Shown here: positions 17,920-25,290 of the stretch, one piece after another
How the letters are laid out: the number at the start of each line of letters is the position of its first letter
Numbering within the stretch: the first letter of the stretch is position 1
Notes under the pieces: model-generated
Seen by the model: only the letters and a program-made list of their open reading frames with translations
The model's database searches: none
What the model was told of the DNA's origin: nothing
Assembly (NCBI GenBank): GCA_018303025.1
Contig: JAGVYZ010000018.1
Location: 1 to 32,000 of the forward strand
Reading direction: 5' to 3'
DNA from: Candidatus Woesearchaeota archaeon
GTDB taxonomy: Archaea; Nanobdellota; Nanobdellia; SCGC-AAA011-G17; GW2011-AR20
Length of the DNA: 32,000 nt
Made by a program: the position numbers and the translations under genes

Positions 17920-18636
17920 ATGGCTTTTATAAGAAAAACAGTTTCAATATTCATGATATTATTTGGTTTAATTGGAATAATAGCTTCATCAGCAGCATTT
18001 TATTATCTAGATAATTACCAATTCTCACCAACTCTAAAAGACCCAACCCAGTTAACAGATTCAATAGATGAAATATTTACAGCAACTTCTATTACAATGG
18101 AAGATGCAAGTTTGTCAGCTAAAAACGCAGGAACAAGCCTAAGAAGTGCAAAAGAAGGATTAAGTAATGCAGGAAAAACAACATTAACAATCCAGGATAG
18201 TCTAAAAACAACAACATCTTCATTAAGCTCAGCTTCTTCAATGCTAGCTGAAACCTCTTCTTTATTTAATTTATTAAATATTTCTTACACAAAACAAATT
18301 TCACAAAATTTTAATACAGTCTCAACAGAAATAGCTTCAACTTCCTCTTCATTAAACAAGGTTTCATCTCAATTTGGAACATTATCAGAAAATTTAGAAA
18401 CAACAGCAGTAAACCTAGAAAGTAACGCAAAAGACATGGAAAAATTAGGACAAGATTTAAGTCAGGTAAGTGTAAAACTAAACACATTATCATTCAAGTT
18501 TAATGCAATTACTAACCAGGATTATACACCATATTTAGTTAAAGCTCAATTATTCGGAAAAATATTTTTAGTTTACTTAGCAATATTGCATTTAATGTTC
18601 TTCTTTACAGGAATTTTCTTATTTTCCAAGGATTAG
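17920..18636 (+). CDS. membrane protein with N- and C-terminal TM anchors and an S/T-rich helical ectodomain
   Basis: TM helices at both ends (VSIFMILFGLIGIIASSAAFYY; IFLVYLAILHLMFFFTGIFLF). The centre is low-complexity and S/T/L/N-rich. Confidence 0.6.
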   Translation: MAFIRKTVSIFMILFGLIGIIASSAAFYYLDNYQFSPTLKDPTQLTDSIDEIFTATSITMEDASLSAKNAGTSLRSAKEGLSNAGKTTLTIQDSLKTTTSSLSSASSMLAETSSLFNLLNISYTKQISQNFNTVSTEIASTSSSLNKVSSQFGTLSENLETTAVNLESNAKDMEKLGQDLSQVSVKLNTLSFKFNAITNQDYTPYLVKAQLFGKIFLVYLAILHLMFFFTGIFLFSKD

Positions 18637-19745
18637 TCTAAAACCTTAATAAAAGCAGCATTGCCATCAGAAATATAATGAACTCTTACTTGTTCTAATT
18701 TTGGTTCATATATACTCTTACGATTTTCTCCAAAAATATTTCTAAAATCTCCAACATATAAAACTAATGAATTAGCAGGTTTAAATAAAGCAGATCTTAA
18801 ACAATGAAAACTAAAATCTTCATAAAATCTCCAATTCTGAGAATCTAACATTATTTGCAATCTTCTTTTTCTAAACATTATTTCAGAAAAAACAGTAGGA
18901 AGATGATGAGAACTAGCTTCCATAGAAGCATCTTCTTCAATCATTTTTGGTTTATCTCTAAAATTTCTAGTGTACTGCAGAGTTAATAATAATTCTTCTC
19001 CATCTTTTTTTGTTGCTCCTCTTACTAATCTACGTAGTCTAAAATGACCAGTTTCATAAGGATTATTCCCAAGTTTAAAATCAGGTGAAAAGAAATCAAT
19101 TCCTCTGTGCACTTGAAGAGCAAAATGATCTCTCGTTCTATTTCTATTTTCTACACTCTGCACTTCAACAGAATAACAATGATCTTTATCTAAAAATCCT
19201 CTTATTTGTTCATATAACTCAATCAACTCTCTAGCTTCAGACATAGTTAAATTTCGCCCACGTTCAGTAAAGTTTTCAACATCATTATCAATTATTGAAT
19301 AACAAGAAGGAGATAAAGTGAAAATATGATATTTGCCTTTGACAGCAGAGTCAGCAAAAATAGTTCTATTTGTTCCATGGATAAATTTCCAAGCAGAATG
19401 AGAAAAATCTCTAACAAATGTATCATAATCTAATCCTAATAATTGACAATGTAGTTTAATTTTTTCTATAGCAACATTTCTATTTTTTAAAATTGCACTT
19501 GTAAAATCTTGATTTACACCATCCCCTAACAAATCATTCAATGTATTGTTTGGAAATAAATCAGAGCTTCCTTCATAATCTTGCCAATGCTCACTTCTTA
19601 ATAAAATTGTCTCGTTTTCAACATCCTTTAATGCATCATCTATAGAATCATAAACAGGTGCTACTCTAACTCCTTTTTCAGCTAAATATCTAATTATCTC
19701 TTTTTTAGGTTGCACTATTCTTCTTCCAACAAAAGTATCAGTCAT
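18633..19745 (-). CDS. hypothetical protein (370 aa), no confidently recognisable domain
   Basis: Long intact ORF. Own TATA-like CATTTTAAGG about 26 nt upstream of the ATG. Stop codon overlaps the convergent gene's stop. Weak, unverified resemblance to ATP-grasp-like layouts. Confidence 0.65.
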   Translation of the reverse strand: MTDTFVGRRIVQPKKEIIRYLAEKGVRVAPVYDSIDDALKDVENETILLRSEHWQDYEGSSDLFPNNTLNDLLGDGVNQDFTSAILKNRNVAIEKIKLHCQLLGLDYDTFVRDFSHSAWKFIHGTNRTIFADSAVKGKYHIFTLSPSCYSIIDNDVENFTERGRNLTMSEARELIELYEQIRGFLDKDHCYSVEVQSVENRNRTRDHFALQVHRGIDFFSPDFKLGNNPYETGHFRLRRLVRGATKKDGEELLLTLQYTRNFRDKPKMIEEDASMEASSHHLPTVFSEIMFRKRRLQIMLDSQNWRFYEDFSFHCLRSALFKPANSLVLYVGDFRNIFGENRKSIYEPKLEQVRVHYISDGNAAFIKVLD

Positions 19746-19779
19746 AAAAATAATAAAACAAAAAACCTTAAAATGTTAA

Positions 19780-20160
19780 CTAAATTCTTCCAAGAATTAG
19801 TTTAATCTTCTCAGGCAATAAGTTTATTTTAGAAACATTTTTTACAATCTCAAGGTTATATTTACCATTTTTCTTATCTTTAAATTCTTCTCCCTTCCCA
19901 TCACCAAGAATACCTTCTAAAATAGAACATTCATAAAAAATCTCTTTCTCATTATAGCAATTATTTTCAATTTCAAAAATCTTTTTTCCAACTTTAACTT
20001 TCACCCCCAATTCTTCAAAACATTCTCTGACAAGTGCATCTTTAGGTTTTTCTTCTTTCTCAACATGCCCCCCAGGAGTACAATAATATTCATTCCCTTT
20101 CCAAAATCTATGAAATAACAAATAACCTTTCTTAGTTTTAATTACAGCAGAAACTCTCAT
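19780..20160 (-). CDS. Nudix hydrolase
   Basis: Nudix box GGHVEKEEKPKDALVRECFEELGV. The ATG overlaps the TrmB stop (ATGA). Confidence 0.85.
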   Translation of the reverse strand: MRVSAVIKTKKGYLLFHRFWKGNEYYCTPGGHVEKEEKPKDALVRECFEELGVKVKVGKKIFEIENNCYNEKEIFYECSILEGILGDGKGEEFKDKKNGKYNLEIVKNVSKINLLPEKIKLILGRI

Positions 20161-20864
20161 TTAGCTATCTTCCATAAAAGTTCAAAGTATTTTTTATAAC
20201 CTAAAGAAATCTCTTTATTTTTAATAACAATAGCAAATGGATTTTCCTTACTCCATAAAATAATAGCAACCTTCTCCCCATAAATGTTTACAGCCAAAGG
20301 AGAAGAATATTTATTAGGTAAAAATCTTATCTCACTTAAAGGAATATTAATCTTCTCAGTATTTTCATTAAAGATTATCTTAACATGAATTTTATTCTCT
20401 TTTCTTCTTTTATCAAACCATTTAAAGTAAAATTGTAATATCTCATAAGCAAGTGGAGAAGCACCTAATATCAAAATCTCTTTCTTAGTCTCAATCTGGT
20501 CTTCAAAAACAGTCTTTAATCCCTCTTTTCCTTTATAAAAATAAATTTCTTCCTCATTTTTTACACTATCATAATGTTTTAGCATTAAAGGTAATATTTC
20601 ATTTAATTTCTCTTCTTTTTCCTTGACAATTTCTAAAAACCTGTTAGGAGAAGCAGCTCGAAATATCTTTTTATTATTCTTAACAATGAAAGAAACAAGT
20701 CCTTTTTCAATTAATCTCTCAATAGAATCATAAACAGTTCTTCTATGCAATCCAGTTAATCTTGAGATTTCACCAGCAGCAGATTCCCCGTTTTTCAATA
20801 AAGAGCCATAAATTAAAGATTCATTATTAGTTAATCCCAGTTCTTTCAAAGTTTCCATATCCAT
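20157..20864 (-). CDS. TrmB-family transcriptional regulator (paralog 1)
   Basis: N-terminal wHTH LKELGLTNNESLIYGSLLKNGESAAGEISRLTGLHRRTVYDSIERLIEKGLV. Paralogous along its full length to the 29172..29924 protein. Confidence 0.85.
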   Translation of the reverse strand: MDMETLKELGLTNNESLIYGSLLKNGESAAGEISRLTGLHRRTVYDSIERLIEKGLVSFIVKNNKKIFRAASPNRFLEIVKEKEEKLNEILPLMLKHYDSVKNEEEIYFYKGKEGLKTVFEDQIETKKEILILGASPLAYEILQFYFKWFDKRRKENKIHVKIIFNENTEKINIPLSEIRFLPNKYSSPLAVNIYGEKVAIILWSKENPFAIVIKNKEISLGYKKYFELLWKIAK

Positions 20865-20897
20865 ATTAGACTAATAAAAAGCAGATATATAAATCTA

Positions 20898-20917
20898 GTG
20901 GTAATCTATATCACCAC
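20898..20917. promoter_or_regulatory. dyad GTGGTAAT-CTAT-ATCACCAC between divergent TATA boxes (candidate TrmB operator)
   Basis: 8-bp inverted arms with one mismatch. Flanked by TATA-like ATTTATATATC (serves the ATG at 20864) and ATTTTAATATAAAC (serves the ATG at 20953). Contains a TATCAC half-site. Confidence 0.4.
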
Positions 20918-20952
20918 ATATTTTAATATAAACTTCTTCATTCTAATTTTAC

Positions 20953-21312
20953 ATGGTAAGAAGACAAATGATATGGGATAGAAGAAGTCACGCACCTAGT
21001 TTAGACTCTCCAGAAGTCCATACTTATACTTTCTTCATGGTTGGTAGTTTAGAAAGAATTGCAGCAACCTGTCAAAAAATTCTAGAGCAATTAGGTGCTT
21101 ATGAAGAACCATCAGTAATAGCCAGAGGAAGTATTACAGGTTCTCAATCAGCATATATTGTTTACAAGTTTGATTCGCCCAAAGCAAATTTTGAAGGAAC
21201 AGATATAGTTCGTTATAGCAGAAGAGATAGAGGATTAGGAGATATTTCTGATTTAGATGCATGGTGTGAAAGAAGAATATACGAAGGAGGAAAACAAAAT
21301 GCAAGAAGTTGA
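20953..21312 (+). CDS. hypothetical protein (119 aa), first gene of ORFan pair 1
   Basis: Intact ORF with leaderless geometry. Its 3' end overlaps the next gene's ATG by 14 nt. Confidence 0.6.
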   Translation: MVRRQMIWDRRSHAPSLDSPEVHTYTFFMVGSLERIAATCQKILEQLGAYEEPSVIARGSITGSQSAYIVYKFDSPKANFEGTDIVRYSRRDRGLGDISDLDAWCERRIYEGGKQNARS

Positions 21313-21790
21313 AACATATAAACGAACTGCTGGAGAAGGTACAATATCAATGAGTGTATTTTTTGAAGATTTATTAGAGCGAGGAAGAATAAGTGTTTTT
21401 GATACAACCGGAATTAAACAAGATAGAATAACCGATTCTTTTCCATCAACATATATTATTGTAGACAATCAAACAAAAAGAGCTTATTTATTAGGTTTCA
21501 GAAGTCATAGTGAAGAATTAAATGAAAGAAACAGTCAAACAGTTCACAATGCAACCTTCATGCATAGGCTTCCAGCAGGGTTTAGAATAAGAGGAACAAT
21601 ATTTGCAGAAGATAGTTCAGGTTATCCTTATCTTCCAGGATTGCACCCAGATGCAAGATTATTAGTAACAAAAGATGATGATTATATCTCAATGGATGAT
21701 ACAGGAAGCATAAGCAGTTCAAGAAAAACAGAATTAATGGGTGAACGAGATTCATTAATGGATAGAGTAATAGAATTTGTTACAACTTAA
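21299..21790 (+). CDS. hypothetical protein (163 aa), second gene of ORFan pair 1
   Basis: Start chosen at ATG 21299 (MQEVETYK) because GAAGGAGG lies 8-9 nt upstream. The track's ATG at 21257 has no SD. Confidence 0.6.
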   Translation: MQEVETYKRTAGEGTISMSVFFEDLLERGRISVFDTTGIKQDRITDSFPSTYIIVDNQTKRAYLLGFRSHSEELNERNSQTVHNATFMHRLPAGFRIRGTIFAEDSSGYPYLPGLHPDARLLVTKDDDYISMDDTGSISSSRKTELMGERDSLMDRVIEFVTT

Positions 21791-22245
21791 TTTTTCTTTT
21801 TTCTTCCATGCTTCATTGAGCTTAAATTGTTCTTAACTTCATAAAATATTTTTACATATCCGACAATTAAAACTATAAAAAATACAAACAAGCTAATTAA
21901 GCCTTCAAAGTTCTTAACAAAAGAAAATACATCCTGTTTAATCAAAACATTAGACAACAAAAGTAAATCAACTAAAAACCCAACTAATAGAACACTTGAA
22001 ACAGCATTAAACAAAGGCCCAACTAAATTAAATGGAAAATCAAGAGCAAAAAATATTTCAGCAATTAAAAATATGAGGCTGATAACAACCAATAATCCAA
22101 CATTAGAGTTTAGAAAGCCCAGTATTAAATCAGAAATATTACTACTGATAAACTCATTAATATAATTTGCAACAAGTAAAAGCACAATGAATACCAATAG
22201 TCCAACTAATTGTGAAAACAAAATATGAGTAATCGGCTTTTTCAT
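21787..22245 (-). CDS. integral membrane protein (4 TM)
   Basis: Strongly hydrophobic L/V/I/F-rich ORF with a basic C-terminus. Overlaps the convergent gene by 4 nt. Confidence 0.6.
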   Translation of the reverse strand: MKKPITHILFSQLVGLLVFIVLLLVANYINEFISSNISDLILGFLNSNVGLLVVISLIFLIAEIFFALDFPFNLVGPLFNAVSSVLLVGFLVDLLLLSNVLIKQDVFSFVKNFEGLISLFVFFIVLIVGYVKIFYEVKNNLSSMKHGRKKKN

Positions 22246-22333
22246 ATATCCAATAAGAAAAACCTTTATTTAATTCTTTCCTAAATTGTTCCTATCTCAA
22301 AATCTTTATAAGCAAATATATTATAACAAAATC

Positions 22334-23293
22334 ATGTCAATAGATGAAAAAATAAAACTAATCAAGCAAAATACAGCAGAAATAGTAACAGAAGAAGAAT
22401 TACAAGAACTTTTAAAAAATAAAAAACAGCCAGTTGCTTATTGTGGATATGAACCCAATGGACCTTTACATCTTGGCCATTTTGTGACAATAACAAAATT
22501 AATGGATTTAGAAAAAGCAGGTATTAAAATAAAAGTTCTTTTGGCAGATGTTCATGCATATCTAAATAGAAAAGGAACAGAAGAAGACATTAAAAAAGAA
22601 GTAGAAAACTGGAGAAAAACAATAAAAGCAATAGGTGTAAATGCAGAAGTTGTTTTAGGTTCTTCATTCCAATTTAAGCAGGATTATCAAATGGATATAA
22701 TGCGTTTATCTCAAGCTTCAACAATCAACAGAGGACTAAGAAGCATGCAAGAAATAGCAAGAGACATTGAAAATGCAACAATCTCTCAATTGTTATATCC
22801 ATTAATGCAAGTAGTAGATATAAAATATTTAAATTGTGATATAGCAGAAGGTGGCTTAGAACAAAGAAAAGTTCATATGATTGGAAAAGATATGGTAAAA
22901 ATAACAAACCATCCTTTCATAGCAATTCACACCCCATTAATAACTTCATTAAAAGGCCCAGGTAGTAAAATGTCAAAATCAATTCCAGGTTCAGGAATTT
23001 CAGTAACAGATTCTTATGAAACAATTAAAGATACAATAAAAAAAGCATATTGTCCTGAAAAAATAACAAAAGAAAATCCAGTCCTGGAAATAGCTCAGTT
23101 TATTATCTTCCCAAGAATCAACAAATTAAAAATAAAAAGACCAGCTAAGTTTGGTGGAGACATTGAATTCTCAGACTACAAAGGATTGGAAAAAGCATTT
23201 GAAGATGGCAATGTTCACCCAATGGACTTAAAATCAGCTGTTACAGAATATTTAGAATTAATCATCTCACCTATAAGAAAGAACTGGAAGTAG
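22334..23293 (+). CDS. tyrS: tyrosyl-tRNA synthetase, archaeal type
   Basis: Collinear with M. jannaschii TyrRS: YCGYEPNGPLHLGH, LLADVHAYLN, YPLMQVVDI, GGLEQRKVHM, KMSKS, HPMDLK. ATG 22334 (MSIDEK) preferred over the TTG at 22286. Confidence 0.93.
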   Translation: MSIDEKIKLIKQNTAEIVTEEELQELLKNKKQPVAYCGYEPNGPLHLGHFVTITKLMDLEKAGIKIKVLLADVHAYLNRKGTEEDIKKEVENWRKTIKAIGVNAEVVLGSSFQFKQDYQMDIMRLSQASTINRGLRSMQEIARDIENATISQLLYPLMQVVDIKYLNCDIAEGGLEQRKVHMIGKDMVKITNHPFIAIHTPLITSLKGPGSKMSKSIPGSGISVTDSYETIKDTIKKAYCPEKITKENPVLEIAQFIIFPRINKLKIKRPAKFGGDIEFSDYKGLEKAFEDGNVHPMDLKSAVTEYLELIISPIRKNWK

Positions 23294-23308
23294 TTTTTAT
23301 TTTCTTTT

Positions 23309-23713
23309 TCAGGAATTTTTCTTTTTCCAAAAGAAAAACCTAATTACAACAGCCATCATTATAATAGTTAAAATATCAATAGTAATACAATACTTGCATA
23401 TAGTTCTCAAAACAAAAACTTGCACATAGATTAACCAAATAGAAAATAAACCACCAATCAATATCAAATAATCAACAGCTTTTTTATTAAATAATATACC
23501 AAGTAAAATAAATGAAAACCCAATTATTCCCAAATAAACTAAAGGTATTCCAAAAATAGAAGAATATATACTATTTTGTACTTGAATACAACCACCATTG
23601 ATAAAGCATTGTTCAGGATTAACAACTTTCTCAGTATTAAGCAGAACTATCAAAGATAAAATGATATTAATTACAACAATTAATGTATAAAAATAATATT
23701 TATTGAATTTCAT
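23309..23713 (-). CDS. vitamin K epoxide reductase (VKOR) family membrane protein
   Basis: Loop cysteines CFINGGC, then SIYSSIFGIPLVYLG and the redox CKYC motif within 4 TM helices. Confidence 0.75.
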   Translation of the reverse strand: MKFNKYYFYTLIVVINIILSLIVLLNTEKVVNPEQCFINGGCIQVQNSIYSSIFGIPLVYLGIIGFSFILLGILFNKKAVDYLILIGGLFSIWLIYVQVFVLRTICKYCITIDILTIIMMAVVIRFFFWKKKNS

Positions 23714-24057
23714 TCTTGTACATATTTTTTTATTTTCTTATTTAAAAATAGTTCGGCTTTTTTCAATTCACTTCCTAAATAAGCAGCATGGTCTAATCGG
23801 GTTATCCATTTCCTGTTTATCATTTCATGACAAATATCATCTGCATTTTTTCCTTTAATTATCCTGAACATTTCATTTTTCTTATTAACCTGCCCAGCAT
23901 AAATAAAGCCTTTTTCAACCTTAATCAAAAAATAACCTTTTTTATCCAAAGTTATAAATTCAGGTCTTTTTCCAGCATTAATCTCAGGAATATTCTTTAA
24001 AATAAAAATAGGACTATGTTTTTTTCCTTTAACTTCAATTATTTTGGCAATTTTCAT
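23710..24057 (-). CDS. DUF4346-like protein
   Basis: LDKKGYFLI ... LDHAAYLGSELKKAE resembles the DUF4346 signature, recalled from memory. ATGA overlap with the VKOR gene. Confidence 0.55.
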   Translation of the reverse strand: MKIAKIIEVKGKKHSPIFILKNIPEINAGKRPEFITLDKKGYFLIKVEKGFIYAGQVNKKNEMFRIIKGKNADDICHEMINRKWITRLDHAAYLGSELKKAELFLNKKIKKYVQE

Positions 24058-24097
24058 ATTTATATACTAAAATAGTTATTTTTAAAAGTTTAGTAAT

Positions 24098-24124
24098 CAG
24101 GTTCGTAAAGGGTGAAACCCTTAC
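24098..24124 (+). repeat. copy A of the repeat CAGGTTCRTRAAGGGTGMAACCCTT (contains 6-bp hairpin AAGGGT-GAA-ACCCTT)
   Basis: CAGGTTCGTAAAGGGTGAAACCCTTAC has 23 of 27 positions identical to 31341..31367. Sits immediately 5' of the ATG at 24125. Confidence 0.7.
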
Positions 24125-24262
24125 ATGACAAACAAAAAAGTAATAATATACTCAATAATAGCCTTAATCTGCATTGTTTTAACCTTTACAATAAACTGGA
24201 TTTTCATAGTTCCAGCTTTTATTTTAATGATTTTAAACCAAAAAGAAATAATAAAGAAATAG
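24125..24262 (+). CDS. unannotated small hydrophobic ORF (45 aa, two predicted TM segments)
   Basis: My translation: MTNKKVIIYSIIALICIVLTFTINWIFIVPAFILMILNQKEIIKK. GGTGA (SD-like) lies inside the upstream hairpin. The stop TAG is the first triplet of dyad element copy 1. Below the ORF-track length cutoff. Confidence 0.35.
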   Translation: MTNKKVIIYSIIALICIVLTFTINWIFIVPAFILMILNQKEIIKK

Positions 24263-24304
24263 GTGCCCCACATTTTCTTATTTTTTAGATTTTGTGGTCA
24301 CCTT
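24260..24304. repeat. dyad element copy 1: TAGGTGCCCCACA-N20-TGTGGTCACCTT
   Basis: Arms are mutually inverted and near-identical to copy 2. Overlaps the last codons and stop of the Fic gene. Confidence 0.75.
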
Positions 24305-25198
24305 CTTCAATGTCTTTTTATATTGATTTATTATAAATCTTAGCATAGGTTTTACATCCTGTATTAAATCATAATCTCTTAAACATTTATAATATTCCTG
24401 CCTGTCTTCTAAATTTATATTAACAGGAGGATAATTATTTCTTATTAAAATATAATTTAGTAATAATCTACCAACTCTTCCATTTCCATCTTGAAATGGA
24501 TGTATATATTCAAATTGATTATGAATTAAAACAGAAAGAACTAATGGCTTGAACTTATCTTTATTCTTTTTATACCAATCAACCATTTCAAGCAAAGCAG
24601 ATTTTACTTCTTTTGCAGGAATACCCTGATGTATAATTTCACCAGAAGAATTACTTATTACAACTTCAACATTTCTTAATTTTCCAGCAAAATGTTTTGA
24701 TTTTAAAAAACAAAGTTCATGTAATCTTAAGATTAGATTTAATGATAAATCCTCTGAAGTAGTTCTAATAAATTCAATTGCATTAGCAACACCTTTTGTT
24801 TCTTCTTCATCTTTATTTTTGGCGTGTCCTTCTAAAATATCAGGAACTTCACTCTTTTCTACACTAGAACCCTCTATAGCATTTGTATTATAAACAAATT
24901 CTTCAGTAAATTTCTGCCATTCAGATTTATCAAAATGAAGAATACTTATCTTATCATTATACTTGTTGAGTTTTTCAATTTGATTCTTTGTTAGTCTAAA
25001 AAGAAAAACCTCAGTGCTTACATTCTTAAAAATATTCAAAATTTTTTCTTTTGCCTCTTTTTTTCTCTTATTAATCTCATCTTTTGACAAGTTTGAACCA
25101 AGATACTTTCTTATTTTTTGAACACTATTTTTATCCCTATAAGAATGAACCAAATAGTACTTTATGCTGTTCCCTGATTTTCTTTTTTCAATGTACAT
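24278..25198 (-). CDS. fic: Fic-domain protein (AMPylase-type motif, class II with internal inhibitory helix)
   Basis: Fic motif HPFQDGNGRVGRLL. Upstream TNAIEG fits the [ST]xxxE[GN] inhibitory motif. Confidence 0.9.
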   Translation of the reverse strand: MYIEKRKSGNSIKYYLVHSYRDKNSVQKIRKYLGSNLSKDEINKRKKEAKEKILNIFKNVSTEVFLFRLTKNQIEKLNKYNDKISILHFDKSEWQKFTEEFVYNTNAIEGSSVEKSEVPDILEGHAKNKDEEETKGVANAIEFIRTTSEDLSLNLILRLHELCFLKSKHFAGKLRNVEVVISNSSGEIIHQGIPAKEVKSALLEMVDWYKKNKDKFKPLVLSVLIHNQFEYIHPFQDGNGRVGRLLLNYILIRNNYPPVNINLEDRQEYYKCLRDYDLIQDVKPMLRFIINQYKKTLKKVTTKSKK

Positions 25199-25206
25199 AT
25201 AAATGT

Positions 25207-25250
25207 TAGGTGCCCACAGTTTATAAATATTTGTATTTTGTGGTCACCTT
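25207..25250. repeat. dyad element copy 2: TAGGTGCCCACA-N20-TGTGGTCACCTT
   Basis: Lies 9 nt upstream of the Fic ATG. Its spacer contains TTTATAAA about 27 nt from that ATG. Confidence 0.75.
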
Positions 25251-25290
25251 AATCAAATACTTTTATAATAAACAAAAAATCAAAAACAAT

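Noticed and set aside
21257-21298. Longer starts for three ORFan genes offered by the track: 21257, 26239 (26239-26265) and 29105 (29094-29105).
   Set aside because: In each case an internal ATG is preceded at 5-9 nt by GGAGG, while the upstream ATG lacks an SD or overlaps one. The start choice remains unverified.
20953-21790. Possibility that the 119-aa and 163-aa ORFs are one gene joined by programmed +1 frameshifting or split by a sequencing frameshift.
   Set aside because: There is no slippery sequence in the 14-nt overlap. A well-placed GAAGGAGG plus ATG gives ordinary translational coupling.
22286-22333. TTG-initiated N-terminal extension of TyrRS (MFLSQNLYKQIYYNKI).
   Set aside because: Homology to archaeal TyrRS begins at MSIDEK (ATG 22334). 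The extension has no counterpart and would sit over the promoter region.
24098-24124. tRNA fragment or att site, because GGTTCGTAAAGGG superficially resembles a T-arm (GGTTCGAATCC).
   Set aside because: No acceptor, D or anticodon arm can be drawn around it, and the other copies read GGTTCATGAAGGG. I found no full tRNA anywhere in the window.
24260-25250. Integron gene cassette with attC sites flanking Fic.
   Set aside because: The dyads lack the RYYYAAC / GTTRRRY core sites, no intI-like integrase is in the window, and only one gene is bracketed.
25210-25290. 27-aa N-terminal extension of the epimerase starting at 25210.
   Set aside because: The Rossmann motif follows directly after ATG 25291. 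The extension overlaps dyad element copy 2 and a TTTTATAATA box placed correctly for a leaderless start at 25291.
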